NCBI GenBank assembly: GCA_040954595.2
Contig: CM082586.2
Coordinates: 11,377,337-11,441,336 of the forward strand
Reading direction: 5' to 3'
Source of the DNA: Balanoglossus misakiensis
Lineage: Eukaryota; Animalia; Hemichordata
DNA length: 64,000 nucleotides
Part shown: positions 26,409 to 37,640 of the stretch, in pieces
Numbering within the stretch: the first letter of the stretch is position 1
Layout of the letters: every line of letters begins with the position of its first letter
Program-made: the position numbers and the translations under genes
Notes under the pieces: model-generated
Database searches by the model: none
What the model saw: the letters and a program-made list of their open reading frames with translations, nothing else
What the model was told of the DNA's origin: nothing

Positions 26409-27029
26409 TCACAAATGCTGAGCAACACCATGTTTGTTCCAGCATCCAAAATGGAAATGTATTGTCACTGTCTCGGCTGATTTCCTGTATCTGACAATCA
26501 TAGGTTTATCTTCGGTGCAGATAACTTCCACCCGCTTACCCTTTACTGTCTTCACCAGAAGTTGTTGGTTTTCATAGTTGACACCTCTACCCAGCACGTA
26601 ATTCACTTTGTTGATCCAGGTAAATCGAAAGGTAGCAATACATGGAGTTTCCCGATCATAAATTCCCATTGAATTACGGGTAGCGCACTTTCGAAATACA
26701 TCGAAAACTTCCATAGGAACATTCCTACCAAAACTGCACTTCCATGGGTTGCGCACTGAGGGTGATGGCTTCATTCTCTGCATAATTGTTGAGCGCCAGT
26801 GACACATCTCCCGTTCGAATACAGGATACACCGGAATCTGCTGCATCTTCGCAAGCTCCACCATCGTTGCACTACGTTTGCGAACTGTTACATCAACAGC
26901 AGCATCGAGATCATCAAAACAATCATGTAGGTTGATGGAACGGTCGATATTTGTCCTCAATAACTGAAATTTGGCCTCACGCAGCTTACGTTTCACTGTT
27001 TTAGAAACATCGATCATGGACGCCGCCAT
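26409..27029 (-). CDS. 206-aa protein of unknown function, second (convergent) gene of the transposon
   Basis: Uninterrupted non-repetitive ORF, start context caaaATGGCGGCG about 105 bp inside the right end, AT-rich 420-bp gap to the transposase stop; no kelch or PHD pattern seen. Confidence 0.75.
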   Translation of the reverse strand: MAASMIDVSKTVKRKLREAKFQLLRTNIDRSINLHDCFDDLDAAVDVTVRKRSATMVELAKMQQIPVYPVFEREMCHWRSTIMQRMKPSPSVRNPWKCSFGRNVPMEVFDVFRKCATRNSMGIYDRETPCIATFRFTWINKVNYVLGRGVNYENQQLLVKTVKGKRVEVICTEDKPMIVRYRKSAETVTIHFHFGCWNKHGVAQHL

Positions 27030-27097
27030 TTTGTATATACGATGCTAGGAACGTGACCCCAGCATATGACCTCAATTAACATATTTCCGCTTCGCGG

Positions 27098-27134
27098 AAT
27101 AGCGGACAAATGAACACACTTCTGGGCCGCAGTG
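27098..27134 (-). repeat. Right TIR (13 bp + 11-bp spacer + 13 bp)
   Basis: Reverse complement reads CACTGCGGCCCAG-aagtgtgttca-TTTGTCCGCTATT. Confidence 0.8.
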
Positions 27135-29721
27135 CTGCATTTTTGGAGTGGTCGAAAGTTTTAACATACAATCAACATGTCATATATGATCAGGGCACCA
27201 AATTCGAAGAACAAAGGTTTTTTTATTTTTTTTCTAAAAATGACATTTTCAAGGAAAATTTGGTAAAACGCAATTTCGTCTGCAGTGAGCCAAATTAGAC
27301 TGTATTTTGTGGAATTTGTATCGATATATACATACGAAGAGCATTCTATACTCCATCAGATTTCCGAAAATGTAGAAAACAGGTATTTTTTGTAATTTTC
27401 AAAAATTTACCATTTTGACCAAATTGTGGCTAAAATTGTTATTTTCGTGTTGAATGCCGCCAGTGTCACTGCTTTTAAAAGTCATCAAAACTTTTAACAT
27501 ACAAGCAATTGTTTATATATGATCAGGTCACCGAATTAAAAAAATAAAGAATGTTTTCCCTAAAAATGACCTTTTTGGTGCAAAAACGAATAAAACGCAA
27601 TTTTGTATTAAATCAGCTCATTCAGAGTGCATTTTTTATAATCAGCACCATTTTTTACATATAATGGAAATTTCATACATCATCAGATATCCAAATATGA
27701 AAAAATGATTTAGATTTTAGATGATTGTCCAAAATTAGCTGATATCTAATAAATGTAGTATTGAACCGTTCCGTCCCCCCCCCCCTACATTATATGCGGT
27801 ACGCCGATGTCAGCTTACCCGGCAGTACTGCAGGCCGTGCCGCCAACTAACGTCGGTGTTTGAAACGCCCTGGTTAAATTCGGGCTCTCTCTATAAATTG
27901 ACAGGCAATAATGCAGTCCTACCCGAACAAATGTCGAGTGTTGACCCGCTGTGACTTTCCCTCTTCGGTTTGCCCGACTTAGCCAACGTCTTTGTACTAG
28001 AGTGTCGGGTCTTTTGCAGAGCCAGGCCGAAGGAAATCCGAGTAGATCAACGTGGTCTCTGTACGCGTGTTTCTGCTCTAGAGTGTCGGGTCTTTTGCAG
28101 AGCCAGGCCTAAGGAATTCCGACTTGATCAACGTTGCTAACGAACGCTAGTGTCTGTCATGGTGTGCCGGGGTTTTAGTCGAGCCAGGCCGTAGGAGATC
28201 TGACTTGATCATCGTGGTCAATGTACGCGTGTTTCCGCTCTAAAGTGCCGGGGCTTCAGCTAAACCAGGCCGTAGGAAATCCGACGTAATCACCGTTGAT
28301 AACTTCCGCCAGTCTGTGTCATATAGAGCCGGTGCACCAGCCGAGTCACGCCGTAGGAAATCTGACTTGATCAACGTGGTCAATGTACGCCTGTTTCTGC
28401 TCTAGAGTGCAGGGGCTTCAGCTAAACCAGGCCGTAGGAAATCCGACGTAATCACCGTTGATAACTTACGCCAGTCTGTGTCATATAGAGCCGGTGCACC
28501 AGCCGAGTCACGCCGTAGGAAATCTGACTTGATCAACGTGGTCAATGTACGCCTGTTTCTGCTCTAGAGTGCCGGGGCTTCAGCTGAGCCAGGCCGTAGG
28601 AAACCCGACGTGATTACCGTTGTTAACTTACGCCAGTCTGTGTCCTATATGTAGTGCCGGGGCATCAGCCGTGCCAGGCCGAAGGAAATGTGAGTAGATC
28701 ATCGTGGTCTCTGTACGCGTGTTTCTGGTCTATAGTGCCAGGGCTTTAGCCAAGCCATGCCGTAGGAAATATGACTTGATCAACGTTGCTTACTAACGCT
28801 AGTGTCTGTCATAGTGTGCCGGGGTTTTAGTCGAGCCAAGCCGTAGGAGATCAGACTTGATCAACGTGCTCTCTGTACGCGTGTTTCTGCTCCAGAGTGC
28901 CGGGGCTTTATCCAAGCCATGCCGTAGAAAATCTGACTTGATCACCGTTGCTAACGTACGCTAGTGTCTGTCATATTGTGACGGAGATTTAGCCGAGCCA
29001 GGCAGAAGAAAAATCGACTTGTTCAACGTTAACAGTGTGCAACTGTTTCTGCTCTAGAGTGTCAGGGTTTTAGCCGACTTATGCTGTAGGAAATCTGAGT
29101 TGATGAACGGGAATTCAATGTTAGAAAACCCGTGTGGAAAGTATCTCTACCCGTTTGAAACTAAGAAAAGAATTTATTCTTATTTATTTTGTAAAAAAGA
29201 CAATTTTTCGAGAGAAAAAAAGTCGAAAATGGTAATTTTGTCTTGGGTGATTCAAATTATACCGCCTTTTCTGGAATTTGCAGCACTTTTTACAGAGAAC
29301 GACACTTCATGCTCCGTAATATTTCCGAAAATGAAGAAAACAGTTAATGTTTTATGATTTTTTAAAAATTTACCATTTTTGTCAAAATTTGGCCAAAATG
29401 GCTATTTTTTCTTGAATTCCGTCAATATCTCTGCATTTTTGGAGTGGTCGAAAGTTTTAACATACAATCAACATGTCATATATGATCAGGGCACCAAATT
29501 TGAAGAACAAAGGTTTTTTTATTTTTATTTCTAAAAATGACATTTTCAAGGAAAATTTGGTAAAACGCAATTTTGTCTGCAGTGAGCCATATTAGACTGT
29601 CTTTTTTGGAATTTGTATCGATATATACATACGATAAGCATTTTATACTCCATCAGATTTTCGAAAATGTAGAAAACGGGTATTTTTTGTAATTTTCAAA
29701 AATTTACCATCTTGCCCAAAT

Positions 29722-30050
29722 TGTGGGGAAGTATCGTGGCAGTGATCAATACTCCCGGGAGGGGGTTCGAGTATACTGACGTCGGAAAAGAAGCGAACGA
29801 TTCAGTGCTAGGTAAAACACTGGTTTATTACCATCTGAATCCAACAACAAAGTAACACCACAGAGCTCCTTACAAAATGCTGCCCGAAAGCGCCAAAACT
29901 GGGTTATATATAAGTCCCACGAACGCCGGAGCAAACACTCAACAATTACAATAAATCTGCTACAAGTTTGGCGGGAAACAAAGTCAACTCTGATAGGGTA
30001 AGAGTTTCCGTCACGTGATCCTTCTGGAGTAAATCTCTCACTTCTCCATA
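29722..30050 (-). repeat. 3' LTR (329 bp)
   Basis: Direct repeat of 37305-37640; preceded on the minus strand by the polypurine tract ggcgcgggggagaa (30051-30064). Confidence 0.95.
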
Positions 30051-30221
30051 TTCTCCCCCGCGCCAAGGAAAGTCTCGAAAATCATCAGAAAAAAAACATT
30101 AAATAACATGAAATATGATTAAAGTCACCTAAAGTGTTCAAGGATAATAAACCAATGTTCATTGTGTCAGTAAACATGATAACAGTCACAATGCGATCGA
30201 AATTGTTTTCCAATTTCAAAG

Positions 30222-33028
30222 TCAAATAGAGAGATCCGATATTCGTACTCGAGCGGCAACTGCAGAGTCTCTGACAGGTCGTCTCGGGGGTACAACATCC
30301 GCCTTCACCGAGGAATCTTCAGAGGCTCCAGCTGTGTCGACTGTTTCAGTATTCGTGTTGGAATCTGCTCCAATACCTGTATTATCTCCAGACACAGTTG
30401 ACAGCTCCTTGGAGACAACTTCCAATGGGTACAATTTATGGATAGGTCGGTTTGTAGGACCACCTGCGGTGTTCAACTCCGCAGATCGTACCAGTTTATT
30501 ATTACCGAAGATCAACCTTGTTACAGTTCCTAAATGCCATTTCGGACGTTTGTCAGTGTCACTGTGTATTATCACGACATCTCCGACCTTGATGACATTA
30601 TCACGAGTTCCTTTGGTGGGATGTCGTTCACGTAGGGCAGTCAGATACTCGGACGACCATCTTCGCCAAAATTGATCGTGTAATCTTGATAGATGTTCAT
30701 ATCTTTTGTTGATTTCACGATTATCACAGTAAGATGGGTCAATCACCTCCTCGTCGGTGATCTCGATGTACGGCAATGAGGTCAGTGTCCTGCCATGTAG
30801 CAAGTGATTTGGGGTCAATCCAATGTTGTCGTTTATACTAAATGACACGTACGTTAACGGCCTGTCGTTTAAAACGGCTTCAATTTCAGTCACAACTGTT
30901 GCGAGTTCATCAAAGGTTAGGTAAGCTCGACCGAGAGTTTTCCTAATAGCGTTCTTTGTCAAAGCAATCAGCCTCTCCCAGAAGCCACCAAACCAGGGCG
31001 CGCGCTTCGGTATAAACGTCCATTGTACACGGTGTGCGGCGAGAAAGTCATTTACTTCTGGCGTATCAAACAGTGTTTTGATTTCATTGGCAGCCGATAA
31101 ATAAGTCGATGCGTTGTCTGACAGCATCCTACTCGGCAAAGAACGTCTCGCGGCGAATCTTCTGAACGCGTGCATGAACGTCTGGGTTGACATATCAGGA
31201 ACCAGTTCTAGGTGAATGGCACGCGTCACCGCACAGGTGAATAAACAGATATAGGCTTTGGCACGTGTCCCATCTTTGGCCTTGGTATAAAGATGACCCG
31301 TGAAATCCACGCCTGTTACAGTAAATGCTGGGACAATGTTCACTCGATAACTTGGTAGCGGCGCTTGCACTGGATTCGCGTAAGGTTTCCCGGTAACTTT
31401 GTTGCAAATGACACAACCACGTAAGACACCGCGTACAATAATCTGAATTTTGGGGATCCAATATCTTTGCCTTATCTGTGTCACTGTAGATTGGACTCCC
31501 TGGTGAAGCGTCAGTTCGTGTGATTTCCGTATTATCAAATTTGTCAATTTATGATGCGAGGGTATCAAGGCGGGAAATCTTGTGACGAAATCGATCGGCG
31601 CGTTATGGATTCTACTCCCACAGCGAAGTACGTCTTCTTCGTCAACAAATAAGTTCAGTTGTCGAACAATGGGCGCACATTTACTCAAGTTCAATTTCAC
31701 AGACTGGATTTCGGCGTCATAGAACTGCCGTTGAATATGTTTAACCCACATATTTTCCGCTCGGTGCAGCTCATCAGGGGTAATTCTCCCGTGTTTCACC
31801 TCGGTAGATTTTTTCATCCGTGCGATGAATCTGAGGACATAACTTGTCACTCGTAATAGCCTATCCAAGTTGTTGAATCTGGAAATGTCAACAACGTGTT
31901 GAATTCCGTAGTCATTGGGACTGGTAATTTCCAGATTTTCGCGATCTGTACATCGTCTGGCTTTGGGGGGAGCGAGTATTTCTGCCTTCTCGGTAGACTG
32001 ATCGTTGATTCCGTTGCCGAAACGCGGCGGCAATCTGTCCGTCTCATCTGGTTCGATTGCGGTATGCATCACATTAACATCAAACGCTGGGCAACTAGGC
32101 CAATCGCTTGTCTTTAGCCATGTTGGTCCATTACGCCATAGTTCAGAGCGTTCCATCATTTCGTAGGTTACCCCTCTGGTTAAAAGATCAGCTGGGTTGT
32201 GTTCTGATGGGCAGTATTTCTTTGTGGACTGAAATTCGCGAATTTCATCTACTCGATTCTTCACAAACACCGGAAGTCTCTTCTCACTGTTCAGCCAGTG
32301 AAGGACAATTTGGCTGTCACTCCATAAATAACAACGAACTATGTCATATTTGGAGGACAGGGCTTCTTTAGCGTACTTGCTGAGACGTGTGGCTATTAAC
32401 GCAGCCATCAATTCCAGTCGCGGGAGTGTAGTTTCAGCCACTGGTGCGGTTCTAGTCTTCGCCATCACAAACGACGTTTGCTGTCCTCTTTTCAAATACA
32501 CTACTGCCCCATACGCTCTCTGGCTTGCGTCTGCAAAGGCGTGTAGCTCGCATTCATTGTCGCCTTCAAGTTCATCAAAATATTGTCGTTCGATCTTCGT
32601 GTTTCGCGAGTCTTTGAGATCTTCTGCGATGTGCATCCATTGAGTGTAGAGATCTGCGTTGATAGGTTCATCCCAGTCTAATTCCAGTTTCCATAGTAAC
32701 TGAATGAACAATTTGGCTTTGATCATTACAGGGGCGAGAAATCCAAACGGATCAAATAGCATCGCCACATAGCTGACAATGTCACGTTTGGTCACGAGTT
32801 CGGCACGCGACGACATATTAACCACTTTGGAGTAAGTCAATTCGTCAGATTTTGTTGACCACTGCATTCCCAAAACGGATACATCTTCGGTGGGTTCGTT
32901 CAGATTGTCACATGTAGCGAGTTCGTTTATTTGTTGACAGTTGGAAGACCATGCTCTGAGTTTGAATCCGCCTGATGTCATCAACTCATTGGCTTCATGG
33001 TAGTATTTCATGGAGTTTTCTGCAGTAT
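30222..33028 (-). pseudogene. pol: BEL/Pao pol C-terminal part: end of RT, RNase H, integrase
   Basis: GGFKLRAWSSN, HAFADASQRAYGA, TLPRLEL, NPADLLTRG, H..H..CVIC zinc finger, GVDFTG, SDNASTY, GGFWERL; separated from the N-terminal part by a LINE insertion. Confidence 0.93.
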
Positions 33029-34465
33029 GTTTTTATTTTATTTATTTATTACACAGATCAACGGGCAAACCCACTTACAGATCTGGAAAACAATAAAAAC
33101 AATTAAGTCACAAAACAAAAATTAACTGAAAAACAAGACACCAAAAAAGTAACACATGTCACGTAAAATATAAATACAAATCAAGGAACAGTACCATTAA
33201 AATGACTGGATAAAATAGATTTAAAACTGTGGAGCGTAGAAAAAATATCAATATTACATTTAGAAGAAATCTCATTAAAAGCAGACATGCATCTGAGCAT
33301 TGTCGAGAATTTTCTACAATTAACGGAGCGCAAATCGGGTTTAAAAAGGGGTTTCTTGCGTAAATTTCTACTAGGGGCGTAAAAACATATTTGATTTAAA
33401 ATACCAGGTGAATCATACTGTGAGTGGATAATTTTGTATAAAAAAAACATGTCAAGGGTGAGTCTTCTGTTATATAACATTGGGATATTCAGTAATCTAC
33501 AATAAATAGGGTAGCTGGACCTGCTGCAGTGAATATTGAGTTTGCAACAAATGTACTTCACAAACTTAATTTGTACCCGCTCAATCTTGTCTGACAGGCC
33601 CTTTTGGTGGGGTGACCACACAACAGAGCCATACTCTAGAATAGATCTTACATAAACAAAATATAGAGAAATAATAGCGGATATGTCATTAAAAGGCTGG
33701 CAGAGGCGCTTAATAAAACCCAGAGATTTGAAGGCTCTGGAAACTGTGTTATTTATGTGGAAAGAATAATTGAGATTAGAAGTAAGGTATATGCCCAAGT
33801 CCTTGATTACAGAAACACGTTGAAGGGGAGTGCCATTGATAGAGTAGTCAGTAGATGAAATAACCCTTTTCTTTAGGGTGAAACTGATGAATTTGCATTT
33901 ATTGATATTAGGTGACAACTTCCAGTTGTCACACCAGAGAGCAAATTTATCAAGGTCTTTCTGTAACAAGTCACAATCAGCGGAGGAGGTGATAGTACGG
34001 TAAATCTTAGCATCGTCGGCATACATGCTGAGCTTTGCAGAAATATCTAACAGTGATATATCATTTATATACATTACAAAAAGTAGTGGCCCCAAGAGTG
34101 AACCTTGTGGGACCCCCGATGTAGCAGTGAAGCTGTTTGACGAGTGACTGCCAAACACCACCCTCTGTTGTCTGAGATGGAGATACGACGCCAGCCAGCT
34201 GTGCAAATTGCCACATATACCAAATTTGGCGGCTTTGTACAGCAGTAGTGTGTGACAGACACTGTCAAACGCCTTGCTAAAATCAGTGTAGATTGAATCT
34301 ACCTGTTCTTTGTTGTTCAATGAAGCTGAAATGAAATCAGTGTAAGCCACTAAGTTGGTTGTGGTAGATCTATTTTTAACAAATCCATGCTGATCAATGG
34401 ATATATTTGGTTGAACATGCTGGTAGATATGAGGGACAATGACAGCTTCGAAAATCTTAGCAAAA
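33029..34465 (-). mobile_element. 5'-truncated non-LTR retrotransposon (CR1/L2/Jockey-group RT) inserted in the BEL RT
   Basis: DQHGF, DFSKAFDSV, SGVPQGSLLGPLLF, YADD, DLGI; open to stop at 33181; (TAAA)n tail at 33029-33050; TAT duplicated at 33026-33028 and 34466-34468. Confidence 0.92.
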
Positions 34466-37271
34466 TATCAACTCCATCGATCACATTATCCACACAGATA
34501 TTATTTCCCAATCTGTCAGCGGTGGGAAGTTGACTATTGTTCTCTAAATGCGTCTTGATAACCGCATTGAGGATGAATGGGGAACAGACTGCTCCAAACA
34601 AGACAGACTTAAACTGCAAAGTTATGAAGTCACTTTCTGGGTCGTTAATGTCCGACAGCCACAGAAATTTCGTGAATTTCCTCTCATCTTCTTCCAACCG
34701 AATGTTCAGGAATGCTTTCTCAATGTCAGCTGTGAAAGCAATGTTATTGGCGCGGAATCTCAGCAGAATCGCTGGCAGGTCATTTATTAATGACGGTCCA
34801 GTTTGCAAGCAATCATTCAAACTTGGATAATTAGAATCCTTCTTACAAGAGCAATCATAAACGATGCGAATGGGTGTTGTGGTCGAATTCTTAACCACCG
34901 GACGATGTGGCAAATAGTGTCCGATATTCACGTCATCTTCGTCAACCTCTCCGATGAAGTCGCGACGTCTCTGTTCATTGATTATGTCGTCATATTTCTT
35001 GATGAGTTCAGAGGGTAACCTGCGTATCATATTACGCGTGCGTTTCATGGCGACATCGTAGTTGGTGGGTAGTGGAGGGTGATCTTCCTTCCACAGTAGT
35101 TTAGCTACGTATTTTCCTCGGTCAACTCTCAAGTGCGTGTCTCTGTAAGACTCGTACGTCAACTGTTCATCAACTGTTGGATTGTCCTGAATACCGATCA
35201 ATTCAAGGTCCCACATATTTTGGACCTGTGGTTCTCGGCCGATCGCAGTACTATCCATCGGTGTATACATGTCCGTTGCGCGATCTCCATGCAGTCCGTT
35301 GATAGAGTTCTCTGAAACTACGTTACTGGTATCAGCAGTAGAAATCACATGTAAGATATGCGCATTAGAATCCACTTTGGGAGTTCCGAGGGGTCCGGAG
35401 AGTAAGTATCCAAATTTGGATGACACAGCAGTGGGGCCGGACGCGCCAGAAATAACGTGTGAGCCCACGAAATTCCAATATTGGTCGGCTCCGATTAGAA
35501 CATCTATTGGCCACGACTGATCACTCGAAACTGGATGTGCGAATGGTAGCCCTTTCAGGTGGCTCATATTGTGGACTTCCTGAGAAATGTGATTTGTTAA
35601 GTCCGACGATATCTCTGGAATTATCATCGCGTGAATAGTTGAAGTATTCCCGTTCAGTTCATGAGCAGTTAGTTCGGTGAATCCCATGGTGCGTACTTTG
35701 GAATCCTTGCCACGGAAGGTCGATAACTTTATGTGTTCGTGCCGCGTAGCTTTCGCGGACAGCTGACGGGCGAATCTCTCAGTGACGAATGTCTTATTTG
35801 CTCCTTCATCAAACAGGATGATGGCATGTATGGGGGTTCCCCGTCCGACAGACAGTGGTAAAAACGCAGTTTTCAGCAGCACTGGCCCAGTGTTTATCTT
35901 CTTATCCGTAAATGTATCGGTATTAGTCAATGTTACTTTGACATCAGAAGTACTTGATGATGGCGATGGCGAGGACGACGCTCCGGTTGGCGTAGTTGTA
36001 GCGGTGGGAACGTCGTAGTGTAGCGCAGAGTGATGACGTTTCCTACACTTTCTGCAGGAGTATTTTGATTTACACTCCGCAACTCTATGTTTTCCAAAGC
36101 AATTAAAACATAGTCTGTCCTTCTTCACAATGTCCAGTCTCTCGCGCGTATCAGTTACCACAGTGCAATTTGACGCGAAGTGTGACCCTTTGCAGAACGG
36201 GCACGTTTTGACAGGGGCGCGAAAATTCTGTTTACCTGTCATCTGCGTTTTCGTGTGAAACGCGGTTATTACCGGTTCTCTGGTAGTGGCCATTGTTATC
36301 TCGTCGACCCGGTTGCCGGCTTGAAGGGCGTTTATCTCGTGTTGAATGGCTTTTCGTAGATCTGGTAATGTCCACGCAGCATTACCATGTTTTCTTGCTA
36401 TCTGCTCTCGAATGTTAGGAGGTAATTTCTCCCGTATTATTGGAACCAAAAGTTCGCCGTATGTGGTTTCCTCCTTACCCAGCGACTGAAGACCTCGAAC
36501 GTGATTTTCAATCGAGTCGTAGAAATGCCTTAAACTTTGTACGTCGGCGGTTGGGCTTTGTAGATTCCACAACGCGGTCATATGAGCATCTACTATGAGA
36601 TGGGTTTGTCCGTATCTTTCGGTCAATAAGTCAATCGCGTGCGTGAGTGGCAATCCGTTGATTGTTCTCGCTGCTTCATCTTTGAGTACACTCCGCAAAT
36701 ACGTAAACTTCTGAATGTTGTCCAAATTAGTGTCCGAAGGTATCGAAGACTTGAATACATCGAAGAAACTCGACCATTCTATTACATTGCCTGAGAAAGT
36801 TTGCAGCTGGAGTTTCGGTAGAGTTACTGTTTTACGAGGCGTCGCGTTGCCGAGGCTGCTTCCCGTTACATTACCAGTACTAGTAGTAGCTGTCCGCATC
36901 TCCGATTTGTTTTTCTTGATGAAAGATGCGATGCGATGATTGTGTTCGAAGATTTCGGCGTGGTAGTCGCCTGAAGTTTCATTTTCTTCGTCAAAGTGTT
37001 CATCGTCAATTAGATCGAGGATTCTCACCTCGAGGTCGGCGAGTAGACGGATCTTGTTCGAAAGTTGTTCGTTTAGCCCTTCCAGCGTGTCGAGTGTAGT
37101 CGGCTTGTCTGTACCGACGTCTACGAAATTGTTCATGATGGTGTCGGCCCGGTTGAACAGTCGGGTCACTTGTGCGCGTTGACCACGACGCGATCTCTTC
37201 AGTTTTGTCAACGCTGTTGGCTGATCCTCTTGTTGTCCATCTTGTGGCGCGATGTGTTCTTGTTCCGACAT
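34466..37271 (-). pseudogene. gag-pol: BEL/Pao gag-protease-RT N-terminal part
   Basis: LPKLQLQTFSG, three Cys/His knuckles (CPFCKGSH..C, CFNCFGKH..C, CRKCRKRHH), protease ILFDEGA and DVLIGAD, RT ADIEKAF, FGAVCSPF, CVDN (expected YVDN). Confidence 0.93.
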
Positions 37272-37282
37272 CTTGCTCGGTT

Positions 37283-37300
37283 ATCCTGGTCTCGGCACCA
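37283..37300 (-). promoter_or_regulatory. Primer-binding site, most similar to tRNA-His 3' end
   Basis: TGGTGCCGAGACCAGGAT just after the 5' LTR versus TGGTGCCGTGACCAGGAT expected from invertebrate tRNA-His (recalled sequence). Confidence 0.75.
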
Positions 37301-37304
37301 AAAA

Positions 37305-37640
37305 TGTGGGGAAGTATCGTGGCAGTGATCAATACTCCCGGGAGGGGGTTCGAGTATACTGACGTCGGAAAAGAAGCGAACGATTCAGTGCTAGGTAAAA
37401 CACTGGTTTATTACCATCTGAATCCAACAACAAAGTAACACCACAGAGCTCCTTACAAAAAGCTGCCCGAAATCACCAAAACTGGGTTATATATAAGTCC
37501 CACGAACGCCGGAGCAAACACTCAAAAATTACAATAAATCTGCTACAAGTATAAAGTTTGGCGGGAAACAAAGTCAACTCTGATAGGGTAAGAGTTTCCG
37601 TCACGTGATCGTTCTGGAGTAAATCTCTCACTTCTCCATA
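37305..37640 (-). repeat. 5' LTR (336 bp)
   Basis: Differs from the 3' LTR by about 5 substitutions and a 7-bp indel. Confidence 0.95.

Larger units (their letters stand above)
21569..27134 (+). mobile_element. 5.57-kb DNA transposon with RAG1/Transib-like transposase and a convergent second gene
   Basis: Ends CACTACAGCCCAG... and ...CTGGGCCGCAGTG, CTG on both flanks, DDE transposase motifs inside, second ORF tail-to-tail. Confidence 0.85.
29722..37640 (-). mobile_element. Full-length BEL/Pao LTR retrotransposon, 5-bp target-site duplication (TSD) CAAAT
   Basis: Two near-identical LTRs, CAAAT at 29717-29721 and 37641-37645, gag-PR-RT-RH-IN order, PBS and PPT. Confidence 0.96.

Noticed and set aside
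26409-27029. RAG2 / RAG2L call for the convergent ORF
   Set aside because: Too short for a six-bladed kelch domain, no GG-containing kelch repeats, no PHD pattern
27780-28000. 5S rRNA, snRNA or tRNA gene within the 2-kb tandem unit
   Set aside because: No recognisable match to those RNAs or to Pol III A/B/C boxes on either strand
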